NCBI GenBank assembly: GCA_004297465.1
Contig: SCUB01000020.1
Span: 38,183-102,182 of the forward strand
Direction: 5' to 3'
DNA: 64,000 bases
From: Xanthobacteraceae bacterium
Lineage (GTDB): Bacteria; Pseudomonadota; Alphaproteobacteria; Rhizobiales; Xanthobacteraceae
The notes beneath the pieces are model-generated. The model made no database searches, was not told where the DNA came from, and saw only the letters and a program-made list of their open reading frames with translations. Of the stretch, positions 10,857 through 19,788 are shown piece by piece. The position numbers and the translations under genes were made by a program. Within the stretch, counting starts at the first letter, position 1. Each line of letters starts with the position of its first letter.

Positions 10857-11411
10857 ATGCTCAGGCGTATTGTCGGATGTGCTGCGGTGGCGACGGCGCT
10901 GGCCTCGCCGGTGATCGCGGGTGAAATGAGCGCCGATGAGGCGCGCCGTTTCGTGGTCGGCAAGATGTTCGCATTCAACTGCTTCGATGGCACGCGAGGT
11001 GCCGGCCGTATCCATGACGACGGCTCGGTGGCCGGATCGATCCAGATCGGCGGCGCCGGTCCGGTGCGCTATGCGCGGCTGCCGTCGGGCACGCTGCGGG
11101 TCAAGAGCGGCTCGGTGTGCGCCTCGGTCAAGGGCCTGTTCTTCGAGCCGTGCTTCAACCTGGTCAAGACCGACGATTACACCTTCCGCGGCTCGGTCTC
11201 GGGCATGGGCTTTGCGTATTGCACCTTCACCCGTCGCGGCGGCCGCATCCAGATGGCGAGCGCGGCGCGGCGCGCCAGCCGCCCGGTCAGCCTGACGCGC
11301 CCGGCCGAACGGGTGGTCACGCACCATGTCGAAGCCCAGCCGCTGCCGGCGCCGGGCGAGGCTCCGCACGTCGAGCCGGCCTCACTCAACCTGCGTCCGA
11401 CCGCGGACTAA
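10857..11411 (+). CDS. hypothetical secreted protein
   Basis: Signal peptide-like N-terminus (MLRRIVGCAAVATALASPVIAG). Codon usage is consistent with the host. No recognised family. Confidence 0.55.
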   Translation: MLRRIVGCAAVATALASPVIAGEMSADEARRFVVGKMFAFNCFDGTRGAGRIHDDGSVAGSIQIGGAGPVRYARLPSGTLRVKSGSVCASVKGLFFEPCFNLVKTDDYTFRGSVSGMGFAYCTFTRRGGRIQMASAARRASRPVSLTRPAERVVTHHVEAQPLPAPGEAPHVEPASLNLRPTAD

Positions 11412-11432
11412 GGCCCGCCGCCGTTTCACCGT

Positions 11433-11510
11433 CGTCATGCCCGGGCTTTGGCTCTCCACTCGTCATTGCCGGGCAACCGGGTCTCGCCCTTGGCGAGCCC
11501 GGCAATGACG
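11433..11510. repeat. REP element copy containing a perfect 14-bp inverted repeat
   Basis: CGTCATTGCCGGGC (11461-11474) pairs with GCCCGGCAATGACG (11497-11510). It sits between two convergent genes. Confidence 0.85.
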
Positions 11511-11544
11511 CGGGGAAAAGTCCTGTCGGGGATGGCCTTGAGCC

Positions 11545-12531
11545 CTAGCGCCGCCCGCGCACCCGTAAGCCCGGAGCCGGGCGTTCCTGCAGCACGTCGC
11601 GGCGGAACCGGAACAGCGCCGCCGGACGGCCGCCGGTCGCGGTCAAGACGTCGCCGGTCGGCTCCACCAGCGCGCCGGCATCGACCAGGCGGCGGAAGTT
11701 CTGCTTGTGCAGGTGACGGCCGGAGATCGCCTCCACGGTGCGCTGCAGTTCGGTCAGCGTGAACTCCGGCGCCAGCAGCTCGAACACCACCGGACGGTAT
11801 TTCAGCTTGGCGCGCAGCCGCGCGATGGCGGTGGCAAGGATGCGGCGGTGATCGAACCGCATCGGCTGGCCGAGCGCCGGCAGCGACGCGCGCGCCAGCG
11901 CCGCCGGGCGGCCGTCGCGGCGCGCTTCCTCGATCAGCCCGGCCTCGTACAGCAGCTCGTAGCGGTCGAGCACGCGCTCCTCGTCCCATGGCCCGCCATT
12001 GCCGCCGAAGCACAGCCGGATGCGCTCGCGCCGCCGCAGCGTGCGCTGCGCGTTGGGCGGCTCGATCGCCAGCGCCCATTCGGCCAGCGCCGGCAGGATC
12101 TGCTGGTCGAGGATGGCGGGACGGGCGTCGCGCCAGTCCTCCCACGGAAAATAGCGATACCACGGCTCGAACGCCGCGCCCTCGACCTGCGGGCGCGTCG
12201 TGGTGTCGGCGGCGCGGGTGAGCGCCAGATAGCCGACCGAGACCATGTGCGGCCCGGTGTCGCCGCGCTGGGCGTGACGGCCGCGGTCGCCGAAGGTGTA
12301 GAGTTGCTCGACATAGCCGACCTCCAGCCCGGTCTGCTCCTTGACCCATGCGCGCAGGCCGATCTCGAAGGTGCGGTGCTTGAGCGGATCGAACGGGCCG
12401 AACGGCAGCCCGGCGTGCAGGCCCTCGCCGTCGTCGCTCGAAGCCACCAGCACATGCGGCCTGTCACCCTCGATGGCGACGATGGCCGCGGTGAGGCCGA
12501 TCTCGATCAGGGGCTGCGGCTTGTCGGTCAT
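11545..12531 (-). CDS. Nudix-related transcriptional regulator, NadQ-like (NAD biosynthesis regulator)
   Basis: The N-terminal domain is Nudix-fold-like but lacks a clean Nudix box. The C-terminal winged-helix-like region reads FTLTELQRTVEAISG..LHKQNFRR. Size (328 aa) and proximity to nadABC fit the alphaproteobacterial NadQ (COG4111) family, recalled from memory. Confidence 0.6.
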   Translation of the reverse strand: MTDKPQPLIEIGLTAAIVAIEGDRPHVLVASSDDGEGLHAGLPFGPFDPLKHRTFEIGLRAWVKEQTGLEVGYVEQLYTFGDRGRHAQRGDTGPHMVSVGYLALTRAADTTTRPQVEGAAFEPWYRYFPWEDWRDARPAILDQQILPALAEWALAIEPPNAQRTLRRRERIRLCFGGNGGPWDEERVLDRYELLYEAGLIEEARRDGRPAALARASLPALGQPMRFDHRRILATAIARLRAKLKYRPVVFELLAPEFTLTELQRTVEAISGRHLHKQNFRRLVDAGALVEPTGDVLTATGGRPAALFRFRRDVLQERPAPGLRVRGRR

Positions 12532-12595
12532 GCGCTCGGGGATGGTCTTTGCGATTCAAGGATGATCTTATCGGCGGCGCGGGGCGAGGGAAGGG

Positions 12596-13210
12596 TCACG
12601 GCGCGGCCAGCGCATGGAAACGCGCGAGAAACCGCTTCTCGGCCTTGCCCGCCGGCCACGGCGTCAGATAGTCGCGCTCGGTCGTGGGTGGCAGCACCGG
12701 GCGCGGCCCGAAGAACTTGCGCGCCTCGCGCTCGCCGAAGCCGGCGAGATGCGTGGCTTCGAGATGCGCGGCGCCGAGGTCGGCGGCCTTGATCAGGTCG
12801 GTGATCTCGTCCGGCAGGCCCGGCGGCAGGCCGAAGCGGATGTGGATGGCGGCGAGCAGGCGCTTCTCCACCGCCTTGTAGGAGCCGCCGATCACCACCT
12901 TGAACGGCGAGATCATATCGCCGATGACATATTCGGGCGCGTCGTGCAGCAGGGTGGCGAGCCGCACGCGGGCGTCGATGCGCGGCGCGCGCAGCCGCAG
13001 CACGGCTTCCACCAGCAGCGTGTGCTGGGCCACCGAGAAGATGTGCGCGCCTTCGGTCTGGCCGTTCCAGCGCGCGACGCGCGCAAGACCATGGGCGATG
13101 TCCTCGATCTCGATGTCGAGCGGGGAAGGATCGAGCAGGTCGAGCCGGCGGCCCGACAGCATGCGCTGCCAGGCGCGCGGGCCGGGCGGGGGCTGCGTCT
13201 TCGATGTCAT
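12596..13210 (-). CDS. HD-domain phosphohydrolase (YfbR-like)
   Basis: RW.G...SVAQHTL and LLHDAPEYVIGDMISP motifs (HD signature). The ATG at 13210 overlaps the tag stop (ATGA). The longer 394-aa ORF in the track is an upstream read-through artefact. Confidence 0.75.
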   Translation of the reverse strand: MTSKTQPPPGPRAWQRMLSGRRLDLLDPSPLDIEIEDIAHGLARVARWNGQTEGAHIFSVAQHTLLVEAVLRLRAPRIDARVRLATLLHDAPEYVIGDMISPFKVVIGGSYKAVEKRLLAAIHIRFGLPPGLPDEITDLIKAADLGAAHLEATHLAGFGEREARKFFGPRPVLPPTTERDYLTPWPAGKAEKRFLARFHALAAP

Positions 13211-13824
13211 GACGAATGGCGCTCCGCGGCGGCGCGGCTGCAGGCGTCGTGACGGTGACAGGCGACGAGGTGGTCGTTGACCATGCCGACCGCCTGCATG
13301 AAGGCGTAGACGATGGTCGGGCCGCAGAACTTGAAGCCGCGCGCGGCCAGCTCCTTCGACAGCGTGCGCGACAGCGCGGTTTCCGCCGGCACGCTCGCCG
13401 TCGAGCGGTAATGATTGATCTTCGGCGCGCCGTCGAGGAAGTCCCACAAGAGCGCCGAAAAGCCGGGGCCCTTGTCCATCACGGCGAGATAGGCGCGCGC
13501 CGAGGCCACCGCGCCCTCGATCTTGGCGCGATTGCGCACGATGCCGGCATCGTTCATCAGCGTCTCGATCTTGCGCGGGGTGTAGCGCGCGATTTTCTCC
13601 GGGGCGAAGCCGTCGAAGGCGCGGCGGAAATTGTCGCGCTTGCGCAGGATGGTGATCCACGACAGCCCGGCCTGGAAACCGTCGAGCACCAGTTTCTCGA
13701 ACAGCGCGCGGTCGTCGTATTCCGGCACGCCCCATTCGGTGTCGTGATAGGAAAGATACAAGGGATCGCTGCCCGGCCACGGGCAGCGCGACAGGCCATC
13801 GTCGTGCAGGCGGACGCGCGTCAT
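13207..13824 (-). CDS. tag: DNA-3-methyladenine glycosylase I
   Basis: CPW...[36 protein letters not shown], the canonical Tag signature. Confidence 0.92.
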   Translation of the reverse strand: MTRVRLHDDGLSRCPWPGSDPLYLSYHDTEWGVPEYDDRALFEKLVLDGFQAGLSWITILRKRDNFRRAFDGFAPEKIARYTPRKIETLMNDAGIVRNRAKIEGAVASARAYLAVMDKGPGFSALLWDFLDGAPKINHYRSTASVPAETALSRTLSKELAARGFKFCGPTIVYAFMQAVGMVNDHLVACHRHDACSRAAAERHSS

Positions 13825-14684
13825 CCGGCCGCCTGGGTATCGGCGAGCCGCAGCGCGACGCCGCCGGCGCTCAAGCCCTCGCCGCGCTCGGCGGCTTCCG
13901 CGGCGCGGTCGAGCCGCATCAGCGCCAGTCCTAGCCCGTGCGCCGACGAGCCCATGGTGCCGATCTCGCGCGTTCCGGCGGTGATCGCGGCACCGGGTTC
14001 GGGCGCCGGGCCCTCGATCTGCACCGCCACGATGCGGGTGCGCGCGGTGCCGCGATGCTGCATGCGCGACACCACCTCCTGACCGATATAGCAGCCCTTG
14101 TCGAAATCGACGCCGTGCAGCCGGTCCATGTTGGCCTCGTGCGGAAAGGCGTTGCCATAGGGGAAGTCGATGCCGCCGCGCGGCACGCCACAGGCGATGC
14201 GATAGGCTTCATAGGCGCCCGCCTCGACCAGGGTTGCGCCAAGCACGGCGGCGGCCTTGGCGGCGAGTTCGCCCGGCATGAGCACGCGAAAGCCGAGGCG
14301 GTCGTCGCGCGGGTCGGCATAGGCAAGGTCGAGCGCCGGCGCGGGAGCGGGCAGCGCGTCCCAGACCGCGAGCACGCCGAGCGAGTCCGAGAGGTCCTCG
14401 ACTTCGACCTTGGCGCGCAGCTTGTAGAACGTAAGCCGGGCGGCCAGCGTCGGCGCCATCTCGCGCGCGCAATCGAACAGGAAGCCGCCGCCATGGCCGA
14501 CGGGCGCCTCGGTCAGGCAGAAATCGGCGATGATCTTGCCCTGCGGGGTCAAGAGCGCGCCGAACCGGGCCTCCGCCGGGCGCACCAGGTTGACGTCGGT
14601 GGTCAAGATGCCGTTGAGAAAACCGCGCGCGGCCTCGCCGGAGACCTTGACGACGCCGCGGTCGCTGAGAAACGCTGCTTTCAT
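13821..14684 (-). CDS. ygfZ: folate-binding YgfZ-family protein (aminomethyltransferase-like, Fe-S cluster repair)
   Basis: N-terminus ...[23 protein letters not shown] and the C-terminal [12 protein letters not shown] motif diagnostic of YgfZ. Start taken at MKAAFLSD. Confidence 0.8.
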   Translation of the reverse strand: MKAAFLSDRGVVKVSGEAARGFLNGILTTDVNLVRPAEARFGALLTPQGKIIADFCLTEAPVGHGGGFLFDCAREMAPTLAARLTFYKLRAKVEVEDLSDSLGVLAVWDALPAPAPALDLAYADPRDDRLGFRVLMPGELAAKAAAVLGATLVEAGAYEAYRIACGVPRGGIDFPYGNAFPHEANMDRLHGVDFDKGCYIGQEVVSRMQHRGTARTRIVAVQIEGPAPEPGAAITAGTREIGTMGSSAHGLGLALMRLDRAAEAAERGEGLSAGGVALRLADTQAAG

Positions 14685-14822
14685 GCGGAGCTCTTGACGA
14701 TTCGCCTCTTGCCAGAGACGCAAAGCAAACGTAAGGCGCTGGACCACGACCGGCAAGGCCCTATCGCGAAGCTTGTCCGATGCGGCCATCGCCGGAATGC
14801 ATTTTCAGGGGCGGCGCAAGGC

Positions 14823-16157
14823 ATGAGCGAAACCTGCGATCTTCTTCTTTCCTCCGGCACCGTGGTCAATCACGACGGCGAGGGCGTGCGCGACGTCGCC
14901 ATCGCCAACGGGCGGATCGCGGCGATCGGGCAATTGTCGGGGATGCGCGCGGCCGAGACCATCGACTGCCGCGGCCTGCACATCCTGCCCGGCATCATCG
15001 ACACCCAGGTGCATTTCCGCGAGCCCGGCAACACCCACAAGGAAGACCTCGAGACCGGCTCGCGCGCGGCCGTGCTCGGCGGCGTCACCGCCGTGTTCGA
15101 GATGCCCAACACCTCGCCGCTCACCACATCGGAGCAAACCTTCAACGACAAGGTGGCGCGCGCGCATCGCCGCATGCATTGCGACTTCGCCTTCTATGTC
15201 GGCGGCACGCGCGACAACGCCGAGGAGCTTGCGCGGCTCGAGCGGCTGCCGGCCTGCGCCGGTGTCAAGGTGTTCATGGGATCCTCCACCGGCACGCTGC
15301 TGGTCGAGGACGACGAGGGCCTGCGCCAAATCCTCAAAGCCATCCGCCGCCGCGCCGCGTTCCACGCCGAGGACGAATACCGGCTCAAGGAACGCGCGAA
15401 TTTGCGCATCGAGGGCGACCCGCGCTCGCATCCGGTGTGGCGCGACGAGACCGCGGCGCTGATGGCGACCGAGCGGCTCATACGGCTCGCGCGCGAGGCC
15501 GGCAAGCGCGTGCACGTGCTGCACGTCTCGACCAAACAGGAAATCGCCTTCCTGCGCGACCACAAGGACATCGCCTCGGTGGAAACGACGCCGCACCACC
15601 TGACGCTCGCCGCGCCCGACTGCTACGAGCGGCTCGGCACGCTGGCGCAGATGAATCCGCCGGTGCGCGACGCAAGCCACCGCGACGGCATCTGGCAGGG
15701 CGTGGCGCAGGGCATCGTCGACGTACTCGGCTCGGATCACGCCCCGCACACGCTTGCGGAGAAGGCCAAGGCCTATCCGGCCAGCCCTTCCGGCATGCCC
15801 GGGGTGCAGACGCTGGTGCCGACCATGCTCGACCATGTCAACGCCGGCCGGCTGACGCTGATGCGCTTCGTCGACCTGATGTGCGCTGGCCCGGCGCGGC
15901 TGTTCCAGATCGCCGGCAAGGGCCGCATTGCCGCGGGCTTTGATGCCGACCTCACCGTGGTCGATCTCAAGCGCACCGAAACTATCCGCAACAGCTGGAT
16001 CGCCTCGCGGGTCGGCTGGACGCCTTATGACGGCGTGAAGGTGATGGGCTGGCCGGTCGGCACCTTCGTGCGCGGGGCTCGCGTGATGTGGCAGGGCGAA
16101 GTGCTGGCGCCCGCGACCGGCGAGGCCATCCGTTTCATGGAAACATTGCGGCCGTGA
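14823..16157 (+). CDS. pyrC: dihydroorotase (cyclic amidohydrolase family)
   Basis: GIIDTQVHFREPG, AAV.GGVTAVFEMPNT and GSDHAPH metal-ligand motifs. The ATG at 14823 lies within a longer spurious ORF (13938-16157). Confidence 0.85.
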   Translation: MSETCDLLLSSGTVVNHDGEGVRDVAIANGRIAAIGQLSGMRAAETIDCRGLHILPGIIDTQVHFREPGNTHKEDLETGSRAAVLGGVTAVFEMPNTSPLTTSEQTFNDKVARAHRRMHCDFAFYVGGTRDNAEELARLERLPACAGVKVFMGSSTGTLLVEDDEGLRQILKAIRRRAAFHAEDEYRLKERANLRIEGDPRSHPVWRDETAALMATERLIRLAREAGKRVHVLHVSTKQEIAFLRDHKDIASVETTPHHLTLAAPDCYERLGTLAQMNPPVRDASHRDGIWQGVAQGIVDVLGSDHAPHTLAEKAKAYPASPSGMPGVQTLVPTMLDHVNAGRLTLMRFVDLMCAGPARLFQIAGKGRIAAGFDADLTVVDLKRTETIRNSWIASRVGWTPYDGVKVMGWPVGTFVRGARVMWQGEVLAPATGEAIRFMETLRP

Positions 16158-16196
16158 CCGGCCGATTTGGAAACGCTGCGGCCGTGACCGGCCGTT
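16139..16196. repeat. 30-bp direct duplication spanning the pyrC stop codon
   Basis: GGAAAC(A/G)(T/C)TGCGGCCGTGACCGGCCG occurs at 16139 and again at 16169. Each copy contains the palindromic CGGCCG-TGAC-CGGCCG hairpin. Confidence 0.85.
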
Positions 16197-16461
16197 ACTG
16201 GCGCTGCAGTTCGACGGAGAATTCGCCGTTGCGGATGCGCGCCGGCAGGCCCTCGACCAGCTTGGCCACCGGCTCCTCGCCATAGGTGCCGATCAGTTCG
16301 GCGAAGGCGGTGAACAGGCAGGCCTGCGCCAGGCAGTCGCCATCGACGCCTTCATGCAGCGCCTCCGCCCACGCTTCGCCCAGATAGCTGAGCGCGGCCT
16401 GCTTCTGCTCGTGGTCCGGCAGCAGTTCGCGGGCGGCGGTGGTTGGCGCATGAATGCTCAT
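16195..16461 (-). CDS. hypothetical small acidic protein
   Basis: ORF with host-like codon usage, start taken at MSIHAPTT. No recognised family. Confidence 0.45.
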   Translation of the reverse strand: MSIHAPTTAARELLPDHEQKQAALSYLGEAWAEALHEGVDGDCLAQACLFTAFAELIGTYGEEPVAKLVEGLPARIRNGEFSVELQRQ

Positions 16462-16616
16462 GGATGCTCGGCGGCACAAGGCTGGTTGCGGCGACGGCAT
16501 TTGGCAAGGCCGGACGCCCGGTGAAGGTGACGTCACCTTTAGCACGGCCGGCATGGCCGCCTAGGCCAGTTCTTTAGGAAAGGTTAACCGGGCGGACGCA
16601 ATTGCCGCCAGCCACG

Positions 16617-17051
16617 CTAGTTCGCGTAGCGCGCGGTGAGATCGCGGGAAATCCTGGCGCCCTCGGCGAGATAGCGGCGAATCGCGAGGTTGGCCGCCGG
16701 CGTGCAACTGCGGTAGCTCTGCTGGAAGCCGTTATAGCCGCGATTGAAGCTGGCGATCATGCGGGTGCGCCGCTCGCCGCTCGGCGTCTCGGCATCCACC
16801 AGCGCCTGCATCTCGTTGCGCCATTTCTGCCCTTCCTTGGCGCCGCAGATGGTGCGCAGGTAATGCAGCGTGCCGAGGATCTCGGCGAGCCGCAGCAGCT
16901 CGGCGTCGAAGGGGGCTGCGCGCGGGCTGGCCTGGGAAGTCGCCGGCGGCGCGGCCGGGACCTGTGCCCGCGCGGCCATCGGGCCTGCCGCTGCCGCAAG
17001 GGCGACGGTCAGGCCGAGCAGGCGGCGGCGGGGACTGGCGGCGTGGCTCAT
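16617..17051 (-). CDS. TIGR02301-family secreted protein (conserved alphaproteobacterial hypothetical)
   Basis: Signal peptide, then L.RLAEILG.LHYLR..CG......WR..M..L...E......R......FNRGY..F...YR.C, recalled as the TIGR02301 pattern. Confidence 0.65.
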   Translation of the reverse strand: MSHAASPRRRLLGLTVALAAAAGPMAARAQVPAAPPATSQASPRAAPFDAELLRLAEILGTLHYLRTICGAKEGQKWRNEMQALVDAETPSGERRTRMIASFNRGYNGFQQSYRSCTPAANLAIRRYLAEGARISRDLTARYAN

Positions 17052-17108
17052 GCTGGGGCTGATATGCCCCGCTCTCTGCCGCTGTGCAAGCCGTGCGAAG
17101 CGGGGGGA

Positions 17109-17543
17109 TCAGATTCCCAGCACGGCGTAGGCGCGGGCCACGATGGCGGCGAGGTTGTCGGTCGTGGCAAGCCCTGCCAGTTCCGCCGGCTCGATCCAGC
17201 GGAAGGCGTCGTGCTCGTCGCAGGGCACCACCTCGCCGGATAGCCAGCGCGCCGCGAACACCACGATCACGTAATGCTGGACCAGCGTCCCGGCGGCATC
17301 GCGAACGATCGAGTCGTGATAGCCGGCAAGGCCCGCGATCTCGACCGTGAGCGCGGTTTCCTCGCGCACCTCGCGCAAGGTTGCCTCGATCAGCGTCTCG
17401 CCCGGCTCCACCCGTCCGCCTGGCAGCGTGAACAGGCGCCGGGCGGGATCGCGGGCGCGGCGCATCACCAGCACGCGGCCGTCGCGCACGATGGCGGCGC
17501 TGACGGCGAGCTGCGGAAAGAAGGGTTGCGGTGTTGCGGCCAT
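17109..17543 (-). CDS. NUDIX hydrolase
   Basis: Nudix box GG.VE.GE....A..REV.EET visible (LPGGRVEPGETLIEATLREVREETAL). Start taken at MAATPQPF. Confidence 0.85.
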   Translation of the reverse strand: MAATPQPFFPQLAVSAAIVRDGRVLVMRRARDPARRLFTLPGGRVEPGETLIEATLREVREETALTVEIAGLAGYHDSIVRDAAGTLVQHYVIVVFAARWLSGEVVPCDEHDAFRWIEPAELAGLATTDNLAAIVARAYAVLGI

Positions 17544-17551
17544 CGCGGACG

Positions 17552-18103
17552 CTAATGCGTCATGATGTAATCGACATCGGCCTGCGGCTCGACATCGGTG
17601 TCGCCGTCGCAGCCGCCCGGCCGGCCGTTGATGACGCCGCCGGTCTGCGCCACCAGCGGCTTGAGCCACTGGGTGGCCTGATCGGCGAGCCGGGCGCGGG
17701 TGTCGTCGTGCACCACGTCCTGCATGGCGTCGCGCACCATGACGAGGATCGACGTCATCATGGTGACGAGCTCGTCGAAGCGGGCGCGGGTCTGCGGATC
17801 AACCGTCGCGTAGGCGGCGATGGCGAGGTCGCGCTCCTTGAAGGAGGAGGCGCGGAAATGCTCGCAATAGGACATCGGCTGCCAGGCGATGAAGTCGTCG
17901 GCGCATTCCGGCATGGCCGGAATCATCTCCAGCAGCATGACGGCTTCATTGAAGTGATTGAGATAATCGGTGGCGAGCCGGGTCTGCGGGTTGATGTTGG
18001 CGGCGGACAATTGCCGCGGGCAATGGCTCGCGGCGGCCGCGGCCGTTGTGCCAGCGGCGGCGGGCGGTGCGGATGGCGGGATTTTGAGCGCCGCGGCTGT
18101 CAT
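17552..18103 (-). CDS. conserved hypothetical protein
   Basis: ORF with host codon bias and no family recognised. The start could also be at 18154. Confidence 0.5.
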   Translation of the reverse strand: MTAAALKIPPSAPPAAAGTTAAAAASHCPRQLSAANINPQTRLATDYLNHFNEAVMLLEMIPAMPECADDFIAWQPMSYCEHFRASSFKERDLAIAAYATVDPQTRARFDELVTMMTSILVMVRDAMQDVVHDDTRARLADQATQWLKPLVAQTGGVINGRPGGCDGDTDVEPQADVDYIMTH

Positions 18104-18154
18104 CAGGGCAATGTCGGTGGTGCCGGTTAAGGTGGGGTTTAAGGGCCGTCGCAA

Positions 18155-18373
18155 TCAGCAGCACGGATCGGATCGTCCGGCCTGAACCGGAGGGCAGGGA
18201 ACGGAGCCGTAGGAACAGAACACGCAGCAGTCGCCGGGCTTTGGACGCAGCATCACGCCGCAGCCTTCGCAGCGATAGAAAAACCGGCAGGCGTCGGTGG
18301 GCATCGTCTCGGTTTTCCGATGCCCGCAATGCGGGCATGTGATTTCTGATGAAAGTTCGGGTTGCGTGGTCAC
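18155..18373 (-). CDS. GDCCVxC-domain small cysteine-rich (putative metal-binding) protein
   Basis: 72-aa product: VTTQPELSSEITCPHCGHRKTETMPTDACRFFYRCEGCGVMLRPKPGDCCVFCSYGSVPCPP... with CPHC, CEGC and GDCCVFC motifs. The GTG start overlaps the upstream TGA (GTGA). Confidence 0.7.
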   Translation of the reverse strand: MTTQPELSSEITCPHCGHRKTETMPTDACRFFYRCEGCGVMLRPKPGDCCVFCSYGSVPCPPVQAGRSDPCC

Positions 18374-19788
18374 AGCACCTTGCCGGGATTGAGGATGTCG
18401 TGCGGATCGAGCGTGGCCTTGAGCGCGCGCATCAACTCCAGCGCCACCGCATCCTTGACCTGCGGCAGGAGCTCGCGCTTGAGCACGCCGATGCCGTGTT
18501 CGGCCGAGATCGAGCCGCCGAGTTCGGTCACGATACCATGCACCAGCGCGTTGACCTCGTGCCAGCGCGAGAGAAACTCCGCGCCGTCGGCATCGACCGG
18601 CTGGCTGATGTTGAAGTGGATGTTGCCGTCGCCCAGATGCCCGAACGGGCACGGCCGGCAGTCGGGAATGCGCGCGGTCACGGCGGCGCTGGCCTGTTCG
18701 ATGAAGGCGGGCACGGCGGCGACCGGCACCGAGACGTCGTGCTTGATCGAGCCGCCTTCCGGCTTCTGCGCGCCCGACAGCGACTCGCGCAACCGCCACA
18801 GCGTGGCGCGCTGCTCGAGGCTCGCCGCGAGCGTGGCATCGGCGATGAAGCCGCGCGTCAGGCCTTCGGCGAGAATATCCTCGAGCGTGGCGCGGATGCC
18901 CTCGCGCGGTGACGACAGTTCGATCAGCGCGTACCACGGATGCGCGGATTCCAGCGGCGCGCGCCGCACCGGGCCGTGCCGGAGGCCGAACTCGAGCGCG
19001 GTGGCGCCGATCAGCTCGAAGCTCGTCACCGCGGTGCCGGCCTGTCCTTGCGCGAGCTGCAACAGTTCCAGCGCGGCCTGCGGCGAGGCCAGCCCGGCGA
19101 ACGCCGTCTCGACCGAGCGCGGCCGCGCGAACAGCTTCAATGTCGCGGCGGTGATGATGCCGAGCGTGCCTTCAGCGCCGACGAACAGGTTCTTGAGGTC
19201 GTAGCCGGTGTTGTCCTTCTTCAGCTTCGACAGCCCGTTCCAGACGCGGCCGTCGGCCAGCACCACTTCGAGCCCGACCACGAGGTCGCGCGCCACGCCA
19301 TAGGCCAGCGCCGCGGTGCCGCCGGCATTGGTGGAGAGATTGCCGCCGATGGTGCAGCTTCCTTCCGCCGCCAGCGACAGCGGGAACAGCCGGTCGGCCT
19401 CGGCGGCGCGCTGCTGGGCGTGGGCGAGGATGACGCCGGCCTCGCAGGTCATGGTGCTGGAGGCGATATCGAGTTCGCGGATGCGATCGAGCCGTGTCAG
19501 CGACACCACCACCTCGCCGCGATGCGCGATCTGTCCGCCGACAAGACCCGTGTTGCCGCCCTGCGGCACCAGCGCGGTGCGTGTGTCATGGGCGAGGCGG
19601 CAGATCGCGGCGACTTCCGCCGTGGTGGCCGGGCGCAGCACCAGCGGCGAGCGGCCGTGATAGAGCCCGCGCTCCTCGGCGAGATAGGGCGCAAGATCGG
19701 CCGTGTCGCTCAGCGCGTATTTCTCGCCGACGATGGCGGCAAAGCGCGCGCGCAAATCTGGATTAAGCGGAGGCGGGGTGCTGGTCAC
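18370..19788 (-). CDS. FAD-linked oxidase (GlcD / D-2-hydroxyacid dehydrogenase-like)
   Basis: FAD-binding PCMH-type N-domain (VVPQGGNTGLVGG) and the C-terminal SAEHGIG..K motif. The GTG start overlaps the upstream stop (GTGA). Confidence 0.85.
   Translation of the reverse strand: MTSTPPPLNPDLRARFAAIVGEKYALSDTADLAPYLAEERGLYHGRSPLVLRPATTAEVAAICRLAHDTRTALVPQGGNTGLVGGQIAHRGEVVVSLTRLDRIRELDIASSTMTCEAGVILAHAQQRAAEADRLFPLSLAAEGSCTIGGNLSTNAGGTAALAYGVARDLVVGLEVVLADGRVWNGLSKLKKDNTGYDLKNLFVGAEGTLGIITAATLKLFARPRSVETAFAGLASPQAALELLQLAQGQAGTAVTSFELIGATALEFGLRHGPVRRAPLESAHPWYALIELSSPREGIRATLEDILAEGLTRGFIADATLAASLEQRATLWRLRESLSGAQKPEGGSIKHDVSVPVAAVPAFIEQASAAVTARIPDCRPCPFGHLGDGNIHFNISQPVDADGAEFLSRWHEVNALVHGIVTELGGSISAEHGIGVLKRELLPQVKDAVALELMRALKATLDPHDILNPGKVL

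Noticed and set aside
12596-13780. 394-aa ORF as a single gene
   Set aside because: Only the last 204 codons (from the ATG at 13210) form the HD-domain protein. The upstream part is an out-of-frame overlap with tag.
14805-16283. 492-aa minus-strand ORF, and the 387-aa plus-strand ORF 14780-15943
   Set aside because: They overlap pyrC in other frames. Only the 14823-16157 frame shows amidohydrolase metal-binding motifs.
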